Origin: Anolis carolinensis
Lineage: Eukaryota
Direction of reading: 5' to 3'
Length of the DNA: 64,000 nt
Assembly: GCF_035594765.1 (NCBI RefSeq)
Contig: NC_085842.1
Coordinates: 30,418,782-30,482,781 of the forward strand
Each line of letters begins with the position of its first letter. The stretch's first letter is position 1. Below the pieces are notes generated by a model. It was not told where the DNA came from. It worked only from the letters and a program-made list of their open reading frames with translations, and made no database searches. Position numbers and translations under genes: made by a program. Below, in pieces: positions 45,258 to 56,846 of this stretch.

Positions 45258-48200
45258 TCCTAACAAGGCCAGAACCTCAGAAGATAAATGACATAAGGCT
45301 AGGGAGTTAAACAGGAAAGGAAAGGGTAATAGAAAGCTTACCTGTGTGTATTGGGTGATAGATGATACCTGTGTAGGGGCAGACAAACTGTTCCAGGAGC
45401 TTCACATTCTGTGAGATGAAAAGGGAAACCAGATGTTTACATTTCACAAATCAAAGGAGGACTAATGAAACATTCAACCTACTTCAGACAACCCCTTTTT
45501 ATGCCTTCAACAGGTCAGGAAATTACAAAATAGGAACATTGTGCAATGGTCACAAAGTATGGAACATCCTCCATGGAGAATTTTACTGTTCCTTCCTAAA
45601 CAGCTCTTAAATTCCTAGCCAGATATCTTCCAGAAGACTTTAGGGCACTTTCTTTCTTTTCCTCATCTTCCCCTGTTGTCCTGAACTAACAGAACTGCTT
45701 AATAATTTCAATGCACCATTCCCAAAAATTCAGTTGGCTTTCATACAGTTTTTAATATGTTTCTTCAAGTTGCAAGGATTCAATACCTGAATAAGAAAAT
45801 CTTGTTCTTCTTACCCTATAATCCAGAAAAAGGTTTTGGTCTCTGCAGATGGGACAGGGGTTCCCACACACATGCTTCCCTCTCTAAAGGAATACAATGT
45901 TGTTGAATGTCAGTTTCTCAGTTTAACACCATTAAACAAATACAAGACTTGTTGTAAATGTATCAAAAGGCAGGAATTGCAGCTCTTTTTTTTTTACATA
46001 AACAACATCATTACTGTGCATTAAAGTTCCATTATTTTGATTTCCATCAGGACAAGTCAAAACATAGGTGTTTCCCTCTACCAATTTAAAGCAGACTAGA
46101 AAAAGTGAAAAGCAACAAAAAGATACCAAGTCTGATTGACAATGCTAGGTCCATCAACTACTAACATAGCTTTCTGGGCCACACTTGCTTGTTCAAATAT
46201 AAAATACAGGAGAATATTCAGCATTCTTCCCAGTTGCCCCTCCCAGCTCTATTGTGTCTCATTTCCATATTTCCAAACCAACTTGAGGACAGATTGATTT
46301 TTAAACAAAGACAAAGAAAAATCATTATGCCATCTTGACTTCTCAAGATGAGGCAAACTAAAGAAAATATTAACACCTCTTTCACAATCCCGTAACTTCT
46401 GGCACTCACAATGCAAGTCTTCCGTGTCTTCTGTGGAGGAATTGGGCCCTTGTGATTACGTCTGTAGCCAAACCAGACAGGATTGCTGCCATATCGTTCT
46501 ATGTATTCTAAATGGACAAGATAGAAAGAGACACAGTCATTCACAGTAATACCGGTAGTTTACCAGTGATATTCAAAATATACAATTGCTTTAATTCCAA
46601 CTGTTCGCTCAAAGCTAAGTAACTATTTCATACACACATGCCAGACATTGTAAATCACATGCTAATTTGACAGAAGCAAGGTTTAATCCAAGCCACACTT
46701 GCTTGTAAAAAAGACAAACTGATCCCAATGGGATCTACTCTTTAGTAGGTATGCCCAGCTTAAATACCAGTACCTCCAAATCCACCAGATCCTGTCTGAT
46801 CTTGGAAGCTAAGCAGGGTCAGTGCTGGTTAGTACTTGGATGGGATCTGGCCAATGAACACCAGATACTGTGTGCTATATTTTGGAGGAAGGAACCGGCA
46901 AAATCACATTGCCTAAGAAAATCCTATAAAATCATGGTGTTACTGTAAATCAACAGGTGACATGAAGGCACAGACACATAAGTATCCCTCCATCTTGACA
47001 TTCAGAAAGAGAGTGAAAATGTGGCTTTGGGATCAAGCCTTCAGAGAATAATGATAGTGCAATAGATGGATTTGGAATTATGTGCAATGACTACTGGAAT
47101 GGCCTGGCTTACAATTGCGAATAGCATGGTTTTAATAGTGACTGTAATGTTTTTAAATGTTTTAATGTATTTTAATTTTAATGTTTATTTAATTGTACAT
47201 TGTCCTTAAGGCATTGAATTGTGGCCTATGTGTAAGCCACCTTGAGTCCCCTTCGGGGTTGAGAAGGGCGGGATATATAGTAAATAATAAATAAGTGCAC
47301 TGCAAGGCAAGTTATAATTTTTCCAAGAACAAGAACAAAGGACTTCTTACCCAATTTCAGCTGTTAGAATGAAGACAATTCAGGGAAACCCATACAGGTT
47401 TTTGTAAGAATGTACTGCAAGTTCAGTCGAGTTGTAAGAATAAAAACAAAATCCTGTGTCTAAAATGAATATGCTTTCATTCTAAGTATATATCCTTTGC
47501 GTTTCTGTGTCTCCTGCAATTGGTTGGTGCTGGGGTTGGTTCTTTTAAAAGAACTGGGAGATGTAGGTGCTCTGTAAATCTGTCCACCCTGGCTTACTCA
47601 GAGAGGATGGGAGAAAAGAGCTGGCGTGAGCTAGATCACTTTTAACATTCATTTTAAACAAAGTAGGCTTGCTATCTACACATCTACGACTACTTTTTGA
47701 ATCTCAAATTCCTTGTTTTTCAATAGAATGTTGTTGTTAGTCATTTACAAGTTCAACACAACTTGCTCCAACAAAAAATTGCATAACATTACAGGCTTTA
47801 TCTTTAAAGCTCCCTGGCGCTTTTACGCCCCCCCCCCTCCTAATTCTTATCAGTTCCTGCCTGTAACATTGTCTGCTTCAATCCCAACTGTCCCACTTTT
47901 CACATTTTCCCTGCTATTACCTATGACTTCAACTCTCATCACAGTGCATATTTCCACCAAATCTATTAATGAAACCTATAGCCACTGGAGATTATAATTT
48001 TAGTCAAACTCTGCCTACGACAGACTCTACTGCAGACCATGTACATGATCAGACTATTTGTTCATCTTTAGCCTATGTTGTCCTTACCTAACCCTTACTC
48101 CTCTCCACCCCCACCATTATCTCCTTCACTGCTTAAATTTAGACAGTAAGCTCTCACGAGGGCAGGGATTCAGCTCTCAAATACTCTTTTGCATGCCTGT

Positions 48201-51200
48201 GCTTGTGTAAAGCCTCATGTAAACTAGCCTTCCTTAGCAAAGTTATCCCTAGCTATGTTAGATCACACCTCCTAACATCCTCAGTTTGCATGGGAATATG
48301 TTTCTAAACTGAAAACAAATTAAACAAAACACACAAAAGATATATCATTCTCTTTCACAAACACAAATGCGTTTAGCTGTTCCCCAGATACCTTCACTCT
48401 CCAAGTACTCCCAAGGCTTGTCTTTAAAACGTGATTCTGTGTCAAAACCAACTGGTTCTGTGGATTCATCTTGGCTTACTTCTGTGCTATAAAGGTGAAC
48501 AGCCAATTGCTTGGGTAGCAGGAGACAAGAGCAAGTTATCTTCTAAGGGAAGGCAAAGCAAAGCAAGACAAGCATTAAAGGCTGATATTAGAAATGTAGC
48601 ACTGGAGCACACCTTGTATTGCAAGGAGGACAAATAAATCAGTTGTAAAGCAAATCAAGTTTGAACTCTTCCTAGAAACCATGATGACTAAATTGAGTCT
48701 GTCATACTTTGGACATGTTCCGAGAAGGCATGACTCATTAGAAAAGACAATAGTGTTTGGTAAAGTAAAAAGCAGTAGGAAAAGAGGAAGACTGCATTCC
48801 AGGAGGATAAACTACATGAAGAATGCTATGGCCCTGAATCGGCAAAACCTGAGCAAGTGATTGACGATAGTGGAACTTTGACGTCCCTCATGCGGGTTCA
48901 CCATATGTCAGAGTTCACTTGAAGGTAATTAACAACAATCAAAATGACCAGCAAAGAGTTACCAGAGCTCTAGCAAATTAGAGCAAAGTTTTTAAACATT
49001 AGTTTCATTAAAGACATATTATATGTTGCATGGCAAATAATTTCCTCTAACTTTTCAATATGACAAAATGCAACAAAAGTATTGTATTTTATCCTCTAAA
49101 CTAGTGGAAAAACATTTTCAGTTTACCTGTTTTACTAACAGCAAGCTACAGATATAATTTTGCCACCTTATAGAGGTTATTAAAATAGTGAAGTTGATTT
49201 TGCATTGCACATTCTACTTGAGCCCTCCATCTTATTGTCGCCATTAATTTAACTAAACCTGATCTGACACTAACTATGGCTGGCTTTCAACTAAGGGCTT
49301 AGGCTTCTTTGCAAAATGTGATCAGCTTTACTGCAGACTTACCACTTAAACCATAGTAACACAGGGAAAAGAAGGGAAAGAATGAAAAACCCTGACTGTA
49401 TGTAAGCTTACATTAGCCTAAAAAAGCATTTTTGCTTCCATTTGCTTTACTACCACTCAGAGTGGAAGTAATTGGTGTGAACGAGAGCCCAACAAAATCT
49501 GAAGGGCCACAGATTCTAGCCTGCAGTTATTGGTTTTTTTCTTTGTCACTGCTTCATGCTTTTGGCCCTGACCTTTTATCTCCATAAAAAATCTAACCAA
49601 AATGAGTGGGAAAGGAAGAAGCACCACCCATTTAAATTGCCAACTTTTTAAAAATGGCAGAATGTTTTTACTGACTTTATGTAAACTTCTCTGGGAGGTT
49701 CTATTGGTTGGAGAGTGAGACAAAAACATTTCAGATCCATGCATTTACATTGTGCTAATAGTGTCATCACTCTTAACACTAACATAACTGAAAGATCAAA
49801 AATTAGTCTTCTGATACTTTAATAGACATTGTCATCTTTTAATCAAATAGGCTTCAGATGGTGCATGAACTTGATCTAAAAATGAAACATACAAGCCCCA
49901 TTTTGTTGCTGTGCTATAATGCTTCACTGTGTGTTCTACAGGTTGAGCAACCTTATCCGGAGTTCTAAAATCAGAAAAACTCCAAAATTGTTTGCTTTCT
50001 GACAGTTCAATGGACACAAATGTCATCCTGTGCATGCAAATATACAATTACCTTCAGGATATGTGTATTAAGTATACATGAAAAAATTAATATCATATCC
50101 AGATATTAGTAGTGCAGCGGAATAAACCGCTGAGATGCTGACCGAAAGGGCAGTGGTTTGAATCCGGGGAGCGGAGTGAGCTCCTGCTGTTAGCCCCAGC
50201 TCCTGCCAACCTAGCAGTTCGAAAATATGCAAATGTGAGTAGATCAATAGGTACCACTCCAGCGGGAAGGTAACGGTACTCAACGCAGTCATGTCAGGCA
50301 CATGACCCTGGAAACATCTACGAACAAAGCCAGCTCTTCGGCTTAGAATTGTAGATGAGCACCAACCCCCAGTCAGACATGTCTAGAGTTAAAGTCAGGG
50401 AGAAATCTTTGCCTTTCCCTACAGTAACATATTAAATATAATACTACTGATAATATATAATGATATCCTGTTTTATTATTATATATTTGTATATTTTAAG
50501 TTGTAATGTTTTTGATTGTGAGTCACTTTGACTCTTTGAATGGAGAGATAAAGAGGGATAAAAATAAATAAATATGGTTGCCATAAGTTGGAAATGGCTT
50601 AAAGCAGTAGTTCTCAACCTGTGGGTCCCCAGATGTTTAGGCTTTCAACTCGCATAAATCCTAAGAAAAAAGGTAAAGGTTTCCCCTGACGTTAAGCCCA
50701 GTCATGTCTGACTCTGGGGGTTGGTGCCCATTTCCATTTCTAAGCCGAAGAGCCTTGGAGGTGTCCATAGACACCTCCAAGGTCATGTGGCCGGCATGAC
50801 TGCATGGAGCGCCGTTACCTTCCCGCCAGAGCGGTACCTATTGATCTACTCACATTGGCATGTTTTCGAACTGCTAGGTTGGCAGAAGCTGGAGCTAACA
50901 GCGGGCACTCATTCTGCTCCTGGGATTTGAACCTGCGACCTTTCGGTCTGCAAGTTCAGCAGCTCAGTGCTTTAACACACTTCACCATCGGGGCTCCCTT
51001 ACCCATAAATCCTAACATTTGGTAAATTGACTGGGGTTTCTGGAAGTTGTAGGCCAAAACACAGGTTGAGAAGCACTGCCTTAAAGGCACACAAGAAAAC
51101 CTGGCTGAATATGCTGAATTTTGGTTTTGTCAAGAAAGCCCAACAAATTCTACACTGTTATGACAACAATGAGGCTAAAGTCCTTTCCTAATTCTGCCAC

Positions 51201-51548
51201 CTGCATTCATGTATCCTAGAATTAGACGAGATCGCTTAAGCGGCTGAGGGGGAAAAGAAAGGGGCCTGAGGCTATTAGGAATTGTGGGAGTTGGGAGTCC
51301 AAAACATCTGGAGGACCCAAGTTTGCCCAGGCCTGACATACACACAGAGAAACAAATCTAGGAGGCGTGAGTCTCTCGCTCTCCCTCTTTCTACTATCAA
51401 TAACAAGTTCGGCCTCTTCCTAAGCGATAATTCTGCTAAATGCGGAGCCCTCCCTCACCTGGACTCCGAAAGGCTTTCGGAGAGCCGCCCGGAGCGCCAC
51501 ACGGCCTGCCGCCCGACACACAAGCGAGGCGCCTATGGAGGCCGCCAT
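41913..51548 (-). CDS. MRPS18B: 28S ribosomal protein S18b, mitochondrial (mS40); 7 exons, 249 aa
   Basis: Exons 90+151+98+69+67+60+215 = 750 nt in frame; motifs [50 protein letters not shown]. Confidence 0.96.
42613..42943. mobile_element. Tc1/mariner MITE
   Basis: TIR cagtagagtcttgcttatccaac / gttggataagcaagactctactg, TA flanks. Confidence 0.85.
44498..44557 (-). CDS. MRPS18B: MRPS18B exon 6
   Basis: [20 protein letters not shown], 60 nt, AG/GT. Confidence 0.94.
45342..45408 (-). CDS. MRPS18B: MRPS18B exon 5
   Basis: [22 protein letters not shown], 67 nt. Confidence 0.94.
45815..45883 (-). CDS. MRPS18B: MRPS18B exon 4
   Basis: [23 protein letters not shown], 69 nt. Confidence 0.94.
46410..46507 (-). 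CDS. MRPS18B: MRPS18B exon 3
   Basis: [33 protein letters not shown], 98 nt. Confidence 0.95.
46780..46978 (+). mobile_element. 5S rRNA-derived SINE (5S-Sauria-like)
   Basis: gtctgatcttggaagctaagcagggtc...tggttagtacttggatggga matches the 5S A/IE/C boxes; followed by an RTE-like tail gaaggcacagacaca. Confidence 0.75.
48392..48542 (-). CDS. MRPS18B: MRPS18B exon 2
   Basis: ...[15 protein letters not shown], 151 nt, cccttag acceptor, gtatct donor. Confidence 0.88.
50105..50420 (+). mobile_element. Sauria SINE
   Basis: gaccgaaagg...gcaaatgtgagtagatcaataggtacc...tcaggggagaaatcttt. Confidence 0.85.
50670..50998 (-). mobile_element. Sauria SINE inserted in hAT MITE 50605-51078
   Basis: Flanking repeat cataaatcctaa; the host MITE has a 7/8 TSD (gcttaaag / ccttaaag). 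Confidence 0.85.
51459..51548 (-). CDS. MRPS18B: MRPS18B exon 1 (mitochondrial presequence [30 protein letters not shown])
   Basis: aagATGg, Arg/Ala-rich with no acidic residues, donor cag|gtgagg. Confidence 0.92.
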
Positions 51549-51600
51549 CTTGGGCCGCAATTACTTTACGCATGCGCCCTGAGTCGCCCCTCGAGCCTCA
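51540..51600 (-). promoter_or_regulatory. MRPS18B promoter (YY1 site overlapping the ATG; NRF1 site)
   Basis: aagatggcggc and cgcatgcgc within a small CpG island. Confidence 0.65.
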
Positions 51601-51689
51601 AGATCCTCTCGTTGAGTTCCCTTCCTTCCTTCCCTGGGAAACTCGAAAGTTATCACAATGAAAATAGAAAATAATAATAAAAATAAATA

Positions 51690-51997
51690 CAGTAGAGTCT
51701 CACTTATCCAACACTCGCTTATCCAACGTTCTGGTTTATCCAACGCATTTTTGTAGTCAATGTTTTCAATACATCGTGATATTTTGGTGCTAAATTCGTA
51801 AATACAGTAATTACAACATAGCATTGCTGCATATTGAACTCCTTTTTCTGTCAAATTTGTTGTATAACATGATGTTTTGGTGCTTAATTTGTAAAATCAT
51901 AACCTATTTTGATCTTTAATAGACTTCTCCTTAATCTCTCCTTATTATCCAACATATTCACTTATCCAACGTTCTGCCGGCCCGTGAGACTCTACTG
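51690..51997. mobile_element. Tc1/mariner MITE with right TIR hit by a hAT insertion
   Basis: Left TIR cagtagagtctcacttatcc; right end gtgagactctactg, with its last 8 bp duplicated at 52694-52701 then TA. Confidence 0.8.
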
Positions 51998-52693
51998 CAG
52001 GGGTCCCCAAACTAAGGCCTGGGGACTGGATGCGGCCCTCCAAGGTCATTTACCTGGCCCCCGCCCTCAGTTTTATAATATAATCTTTTTATATCATTTT
52101 TAATAATATAATATATTGTATTTACATATAATACTGATATTAATATTATAATGTTGTACAATATAATACAAATAATAATACCATATAATAATATTATGTT
52201 ATTACATATAATATTACAGTATAGTAGTATAGTTCAATATAGTAATATATACTGCTAATATTGTGAAATGCTAATAATATAATATATTCTATGTACATAC
52301 AGCTGCTCTGAGTCCCCTTCGGGGCGAGAAGAGTGGGATATAAATGTAATAAATAAATGTAGTAGATGAGTAAATAAATAATTTTAGACTTAGGCTCGCC
52401 CAAAGTCTGAAATGACTTGAAGGCACACAACAACAATCCTAACTTGACTATCTCATTGGCCAGAAGCAGGCCCACACTTCCCATTGAAATCCTGATAGGT
52501 TTATGTTGGTTACAGTTGTTTTCATTTTTAAATATAGCATTCTTTCATTGTTGTTGTTGTTTTGCACTACAAATAAGACATGTGCAGTGTGCATAGGAAT
52601 TTGTTCAGTTTTTTTTCCAAATGATAATTTGGCCCCTCCACAGTCTGAAAGATTGTGGACCGGCCCTCTGCTTTAAAAGTTTGGGGACCCCTG
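51998..52693. mobile_element. Non-autonomous hAT element carrying an L2-like tail fragment
   Basis: 16-bp perfect TIR caggggtccccaaact / agtttggggacccctg; 8-bp TSD ctctactg. Confidence 0.88.
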
Positions 52694-53026
52694 CTCTACT
52701 GTAATAAATTAATAGTAATATTACAAAAATTACGACAGAAACTTAAATAAAATAAAAATAAATAAGAAAATAATAACAATATGACCAAAATTACAATTGA
52801 AACTTAAAAAGTGACCACAATAATAAAATAAAAATAAAATATTAATTAAATTCTGGATAAATAAAATAATACATAAAAATATAAACAGCAATATATCATT
52901 AAATAAAACGATCAATAAATAAAAAATCACAATAGAAATTTGTACAAAGTGCAGGCAAGTACTCAATTGCTTCCTAAATGGGATCAGTGCATGACTGCTC
53001 AAAGATCTGACATAAAAATTGTTATA

Positions 53027-53352
53027 CAGTAGTCTCATGTATCCAACATAAATGGGCCAGCAGAACGTTGGATAAACGAAAATGTTGGATAATAAGGAGG
53101 AATTAAGGAAAAGCCTATTAAATGTCAAATTACATTATGATTTTACAAATTAAGCACCCAAACATCATGTTTTACAACAAATTGACAGAAAAAGCAGTTT
53201 AATATACGGTAACGTATATTACTGTATTTACGAATTTAGCACCAAAACATCACAAAACATTGACTACAAAAACATTGACTACTAAAAGGCAGACTGCATT
53301 GGATAATCCAGAACGTTGGATAAGCGAATGTTGGATAAGTGAGACTCTACTG
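53027..53352. mobile_element. Tc1/mariner MITE (opposite orientation to 51690)
   Basis: TIRs and TA flanks as in the other copies. Confidence 0.8.
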
Positions 53353-53399
53353 TAATACAAATAGCAATATAATTGATCAAATAATTTATTTTATTGTGT

Positions 53400-53640
53400 C
53401 AAAAGCAACTTGAGAACATACTCCAAGTCACTTCTGATGTGAGAGAATTGGCCATCTACAGGGACGTTGCCCAGGGGACGCCAGGATGCGTTACTGGGAG
53501 GCTTCTCTCATGTCACCACAAGCTGGAGCTGACAGACGGGATCTCACCCTGTCTCGCAGATTCAAAACGGCAACCTTCAGGTCAGCAACCCAACCTTCAC
53601 GTCAGCAGTTCACAAAGGTTTGACCCATTACACCACCACG
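53400..53640 (-). mobile_element. Sauria-related SINE
   Basis: Reverse complement of the family at 3015-3280. Confidence 0.7.
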
Positions 53641-54087
53641 GATATAATAAATTTATGTTATAAATATAAATAAAAATTACAATAGAAACTTGTACAAAGT
53701 ACAAACAAGTACCCAGCTGCTTCCTAAATGGGATCAGTGTATGACTGCTTAAGGATTTGACATTGTTATTTCACGTGGAATGCATAGCCAATTTATTATT
53801 GTAACATTCTTCAACATAAATGTGTACTTCTCTCGATTTCAGATAATAATGTTTATTTATATCCCTCCTTCTCTCCCCATACAGAGACTCAAAGCGGCTC
53901 ACAATGAAAAGCATGGCAATACAACTTAAAATATATAATATACAAATATTAAAACAGTATTAAACACCATTAATATTAAAAACAATTCAAGTTGAAACCA
54001 TAATCGCCATAACCATAAGGTATTATAGGGTATGTGTGCATTTTAGGAGAAACCCTGTATTTGTATAAATCACAAGAAATGCTATTG

Positions 54088-54828
54088 TATGGGTTGCTGT
54101 GAGTTTTCTGGGCTGTATGGCCAAGTTCCAAATAGGAGAGGCATGGGCAAACTTCGGCCTTCTAGGTGCTTTGGATTACAACTGCCACAATTCCTAACAG
54201 CCTATCGGCTATGAATGTTGCAGTTGGCCACCTTGATTGGCATTGAATGACCTTGCAGCTTCAAAATCTGGCTGCTTCCTGCCTGGGGGAATCCACCGTT
54301 GGGAGGTGTTAGCTGGCCCTGATTGTTTCCTGTCAGGAATCCCCTTTGTTTTTTAGTTTTGTTCTTTATTTACTGTCCTGATTTTAGAGTTTTTAAATAC
54401 TGGTAGCCAGTTTTTGTTCATTTTCATGGTTTCCTCCTTTCTGTTGAAATTGTCCACATGCTTGTGGATTTCAATGGCTTCTCTGTTTAGTCTGACATGA
54501 TGGTTGTTAGAGTGGTCCAGCATTTCTGTGTTCTCAAATAATATACCATGTCTAGGTTGGTTCATCAAGTGCTCTGCTATGGCTGACTTCTCTGGTTGAG
54601 TTAGTCTGCAGTGCCTTTTATGTTCCTTGATTCGTGTCTGAGCAATGCTGTGTTTGGTGGTCCCTATGTAGACTTGTCCACAGCTGCATGGTATACGGTA
54701 GACTTCTGCAGAGGTGAGAGGATCGCTCTTGTCTTTTGCTGAACGTAGCATTTGCTGGATTTTTTTTAGTGGGTCTGTAGTTTGTAGGTTGTGTTTTTTC
54801 ATCAGCTTACCTATGCGGTCAGTGGCAG
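54088..54828 (-). mobile_element. Penelope (Poseidon-type) 3' fragment: GIY-YIG endonuclease and pLTR end, interrupted by half a hAT MITE
   Basis: ORF 54353-54802: VYRIPCSCGQVYIGTT, RIKEHKR, SAIAEH, REAIEI, NFNR. Confidence 0.9.
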
Positions 54829-55224
54829 ATCCGACATTGTTATTTCAGGTGGAATTCATAGCCAATTTAATTATTATTGTAACATTCTTCAACAGAAATG
54901 TATTTATTTCAATTTTGGATAATAATAATTATGTTTATTTATACCCCACTTTTTCTCTCAATACGGAGACTCAAAGGAGCTCACAATTAAAAGCATTGCA
55001 ATCGAACTTAAAATATATAGTATGCAAATATTAAACAGTATTAAACATCATTATTAAAAACAATTCAAGTTAAAACCATAATCACCATAACCATAAGGTG
55101 TTATAGGGTGTGTGTGTATTTTAGGAGAAACCCTGTATTTATATAAACCACAAGAACTGCCATTCATGCCGAAAAACAAAAGCTTAATTTATTTAAATAC
55201 ATAGCATCCTTTTAGCCTGGAAAG

Positions 55225-55760
55225 GTCACGCATGCGCACGACGCTCCTCGGAGCAAACTGCGCCACCAGCTTCTCGAGCCAAGAGCTGCCTTTACTGCGC
55301 ATGGGCACAAGTATGCATGTTGTGATGACTTTCTCAATTCTCCCCACCTCCCTTTCCAGATTCCGCGCATGCTCAGTTCGGGGCGTCTTTGTTGCCCTCT
55401 CATGCTAGGGCGGTGGCTGCGCGCGTGCACGCACGCCGCCAACGTCCTTCTTCGTGTCCGCCAAGGGTGAGCGCATGTGCGCATGCGCACGAGAGTCTAC
55501 TAACTGCGTCACAACCTTTTCCAGCGTTAAAATTAATTTTGGTGGGCACCGTTGGATAAAATTTCAAAAGACGATTCTGCCGGTGTGCTTCGATATAAAT
55601 TTTGATGCGGATTTCGACCACTGGGATGATGACGTGAAAGGTGGGCGGGGCCTCGAGGCTTTGTTCTGGAGCCGCAGCGCGCGACGAAGGGCGGGGGGAC
55701 TCGGAGGAGGGAGGGGCCGGGTATAAAAGGCGGTGCGCGCGCACCCACCGGCCATTCTGG
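55225..55760 (+). promoter_or_regulatory. CpG-island promoter with NRF1 cluster, CRE-like site, GC box and TATA box (probable PPP1R10 promoter)
   Basis: Five GCGCATGCGC-like sites 55229-55489, gatgacgtga ~55628, gggcgggg 55643, TATAAAA 55722, initiator-like gccatt ~30 nt downstream. Confidence 0.8.
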
Positions 55761-55773
55761 GGTCTGTGTAAAG
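55750..55773 (+). other. PPP1R10: Short non-coding exon 1 of divergent gene (probable PPP1R10/PNUTS)
   Basis: Strong donor aag|gtgagt 50 nt after the TATA box. Identity is inferred from the head-to-head PPP1R10/MRPS18B arrangement in mammals; no coding exon is in the window. Confidence 0.55.
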
Positions 55774-56169
55774 GTGAGTACTGTGTCTCTGCGAGCGTTA
55801 TTTTTGGGAGCGGTTTGGGAGGGGACCAAAGGTTATTGGTATTGGGTTACTACTATTTTTGTTACCCTCTTCCTGGAATATGTCACCATTGACATTTCTA
55901 ACTCCTAAGTAATAAATATTTCGACGAATTGCTCTTTTGAGAGCATTATTTCTCTTAGAAATAATAGAAACCAATAAGAAGTGAGCTGTTAATTTAAAAT
56001 TTAAGTTCAGAATTCCCCCCAAAATTGAAATCCTGTGATTTGTGTCTGGTCAGTCGGCCAGGGTTTCTTGTTACATACGATTATATAGCTCTTTTATTTC
56101 CTTAGATTTTGGCTTTGTTTCATTAACCAAAAAATCTTAACCGTGCTTTATCTTTCTTTACCTTCCTAG

Positions 56170-56846
56170 GTTTCCTAGGTCTCGAGAAACTGTTCAACGT
56201 GCGCCGCGAAACAAAGAAACCCCCCCACAGTTGAGCCTCTGAGACGACACACAAAGCCAGCTCTGTTTCCGATCGTCTGTATTGGGACCCACCCAGCGGA
56301 GAACAACTACCATTCAAAAACATAAAAAAAATCAAATTTATATTTAGGAACAACTTTCCCTGATTTTTTTTATCATGCAACTTTTTGTGACTCATTGACC
56401 ATCAAAAGGTTGCCTTTTTTTAAACAAACCGAAAATGAGCTATACCAAATTTACTTTTTTTCTTTAAAAAACACAGCTTAATCCAAAACTAAACCTTGAG
56501 GTGCTGCCGAAGAGAAAATTAATTGGATAGTAAGTGTCGCATTTTCAACCAACTGACCAAAAAACAGTCGTCCGTGTCGAAGTGAGCTAACGGCACGAAG
56601 AAAAGACCAAAAAATGAAGGGGAAAAGTGGGTTTTATTTGAGGCGTTAACCCTTTGCATACTCCAAAATGCATATTTATATAAGGAGTATGATGGTCTCT
56701 TAGAAAATCCATCGACTCCAGGATTGTCAAGGGTTAATGAGCTCCCACATAACAGATGGTGGTGACTGAGCCATAAAGTGCTGCTTCTTTGTGTGGGAGA
56801 CGTGGAAATAGAGCTAAATAAGCAATCTGTACATAAAGATTGCAGG
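56170..56846 (+). other. PPP1R10: Probable long non-coding exon 2 (5' UTR) of PPP1R10, structured, with short uORFs
   Basis: Branch-like cttaac, pyrimidine tract, tandem acceptors cctag|gtttcctag|g (56170/56179). Best donor is cagg|gtaaga at 56846, alternative ata|gtaagt at 56529; the 3' boundary is uncertain. Confidence 0.45.

Noticed and set aside
46780-46880. 5S rRNA gene
   Set aside because: Many substitutions, missing 5' end, no oligo-T terminator at the proper place, fused to a retroposon tail; it is a 5S-derived SINE.
55212-55892. Several overlapping ORFs in the CpG island
   Set aside because: Low-complexity Arg/Pro/Ala translations on both strands over promoter motifs; no protein similarity.
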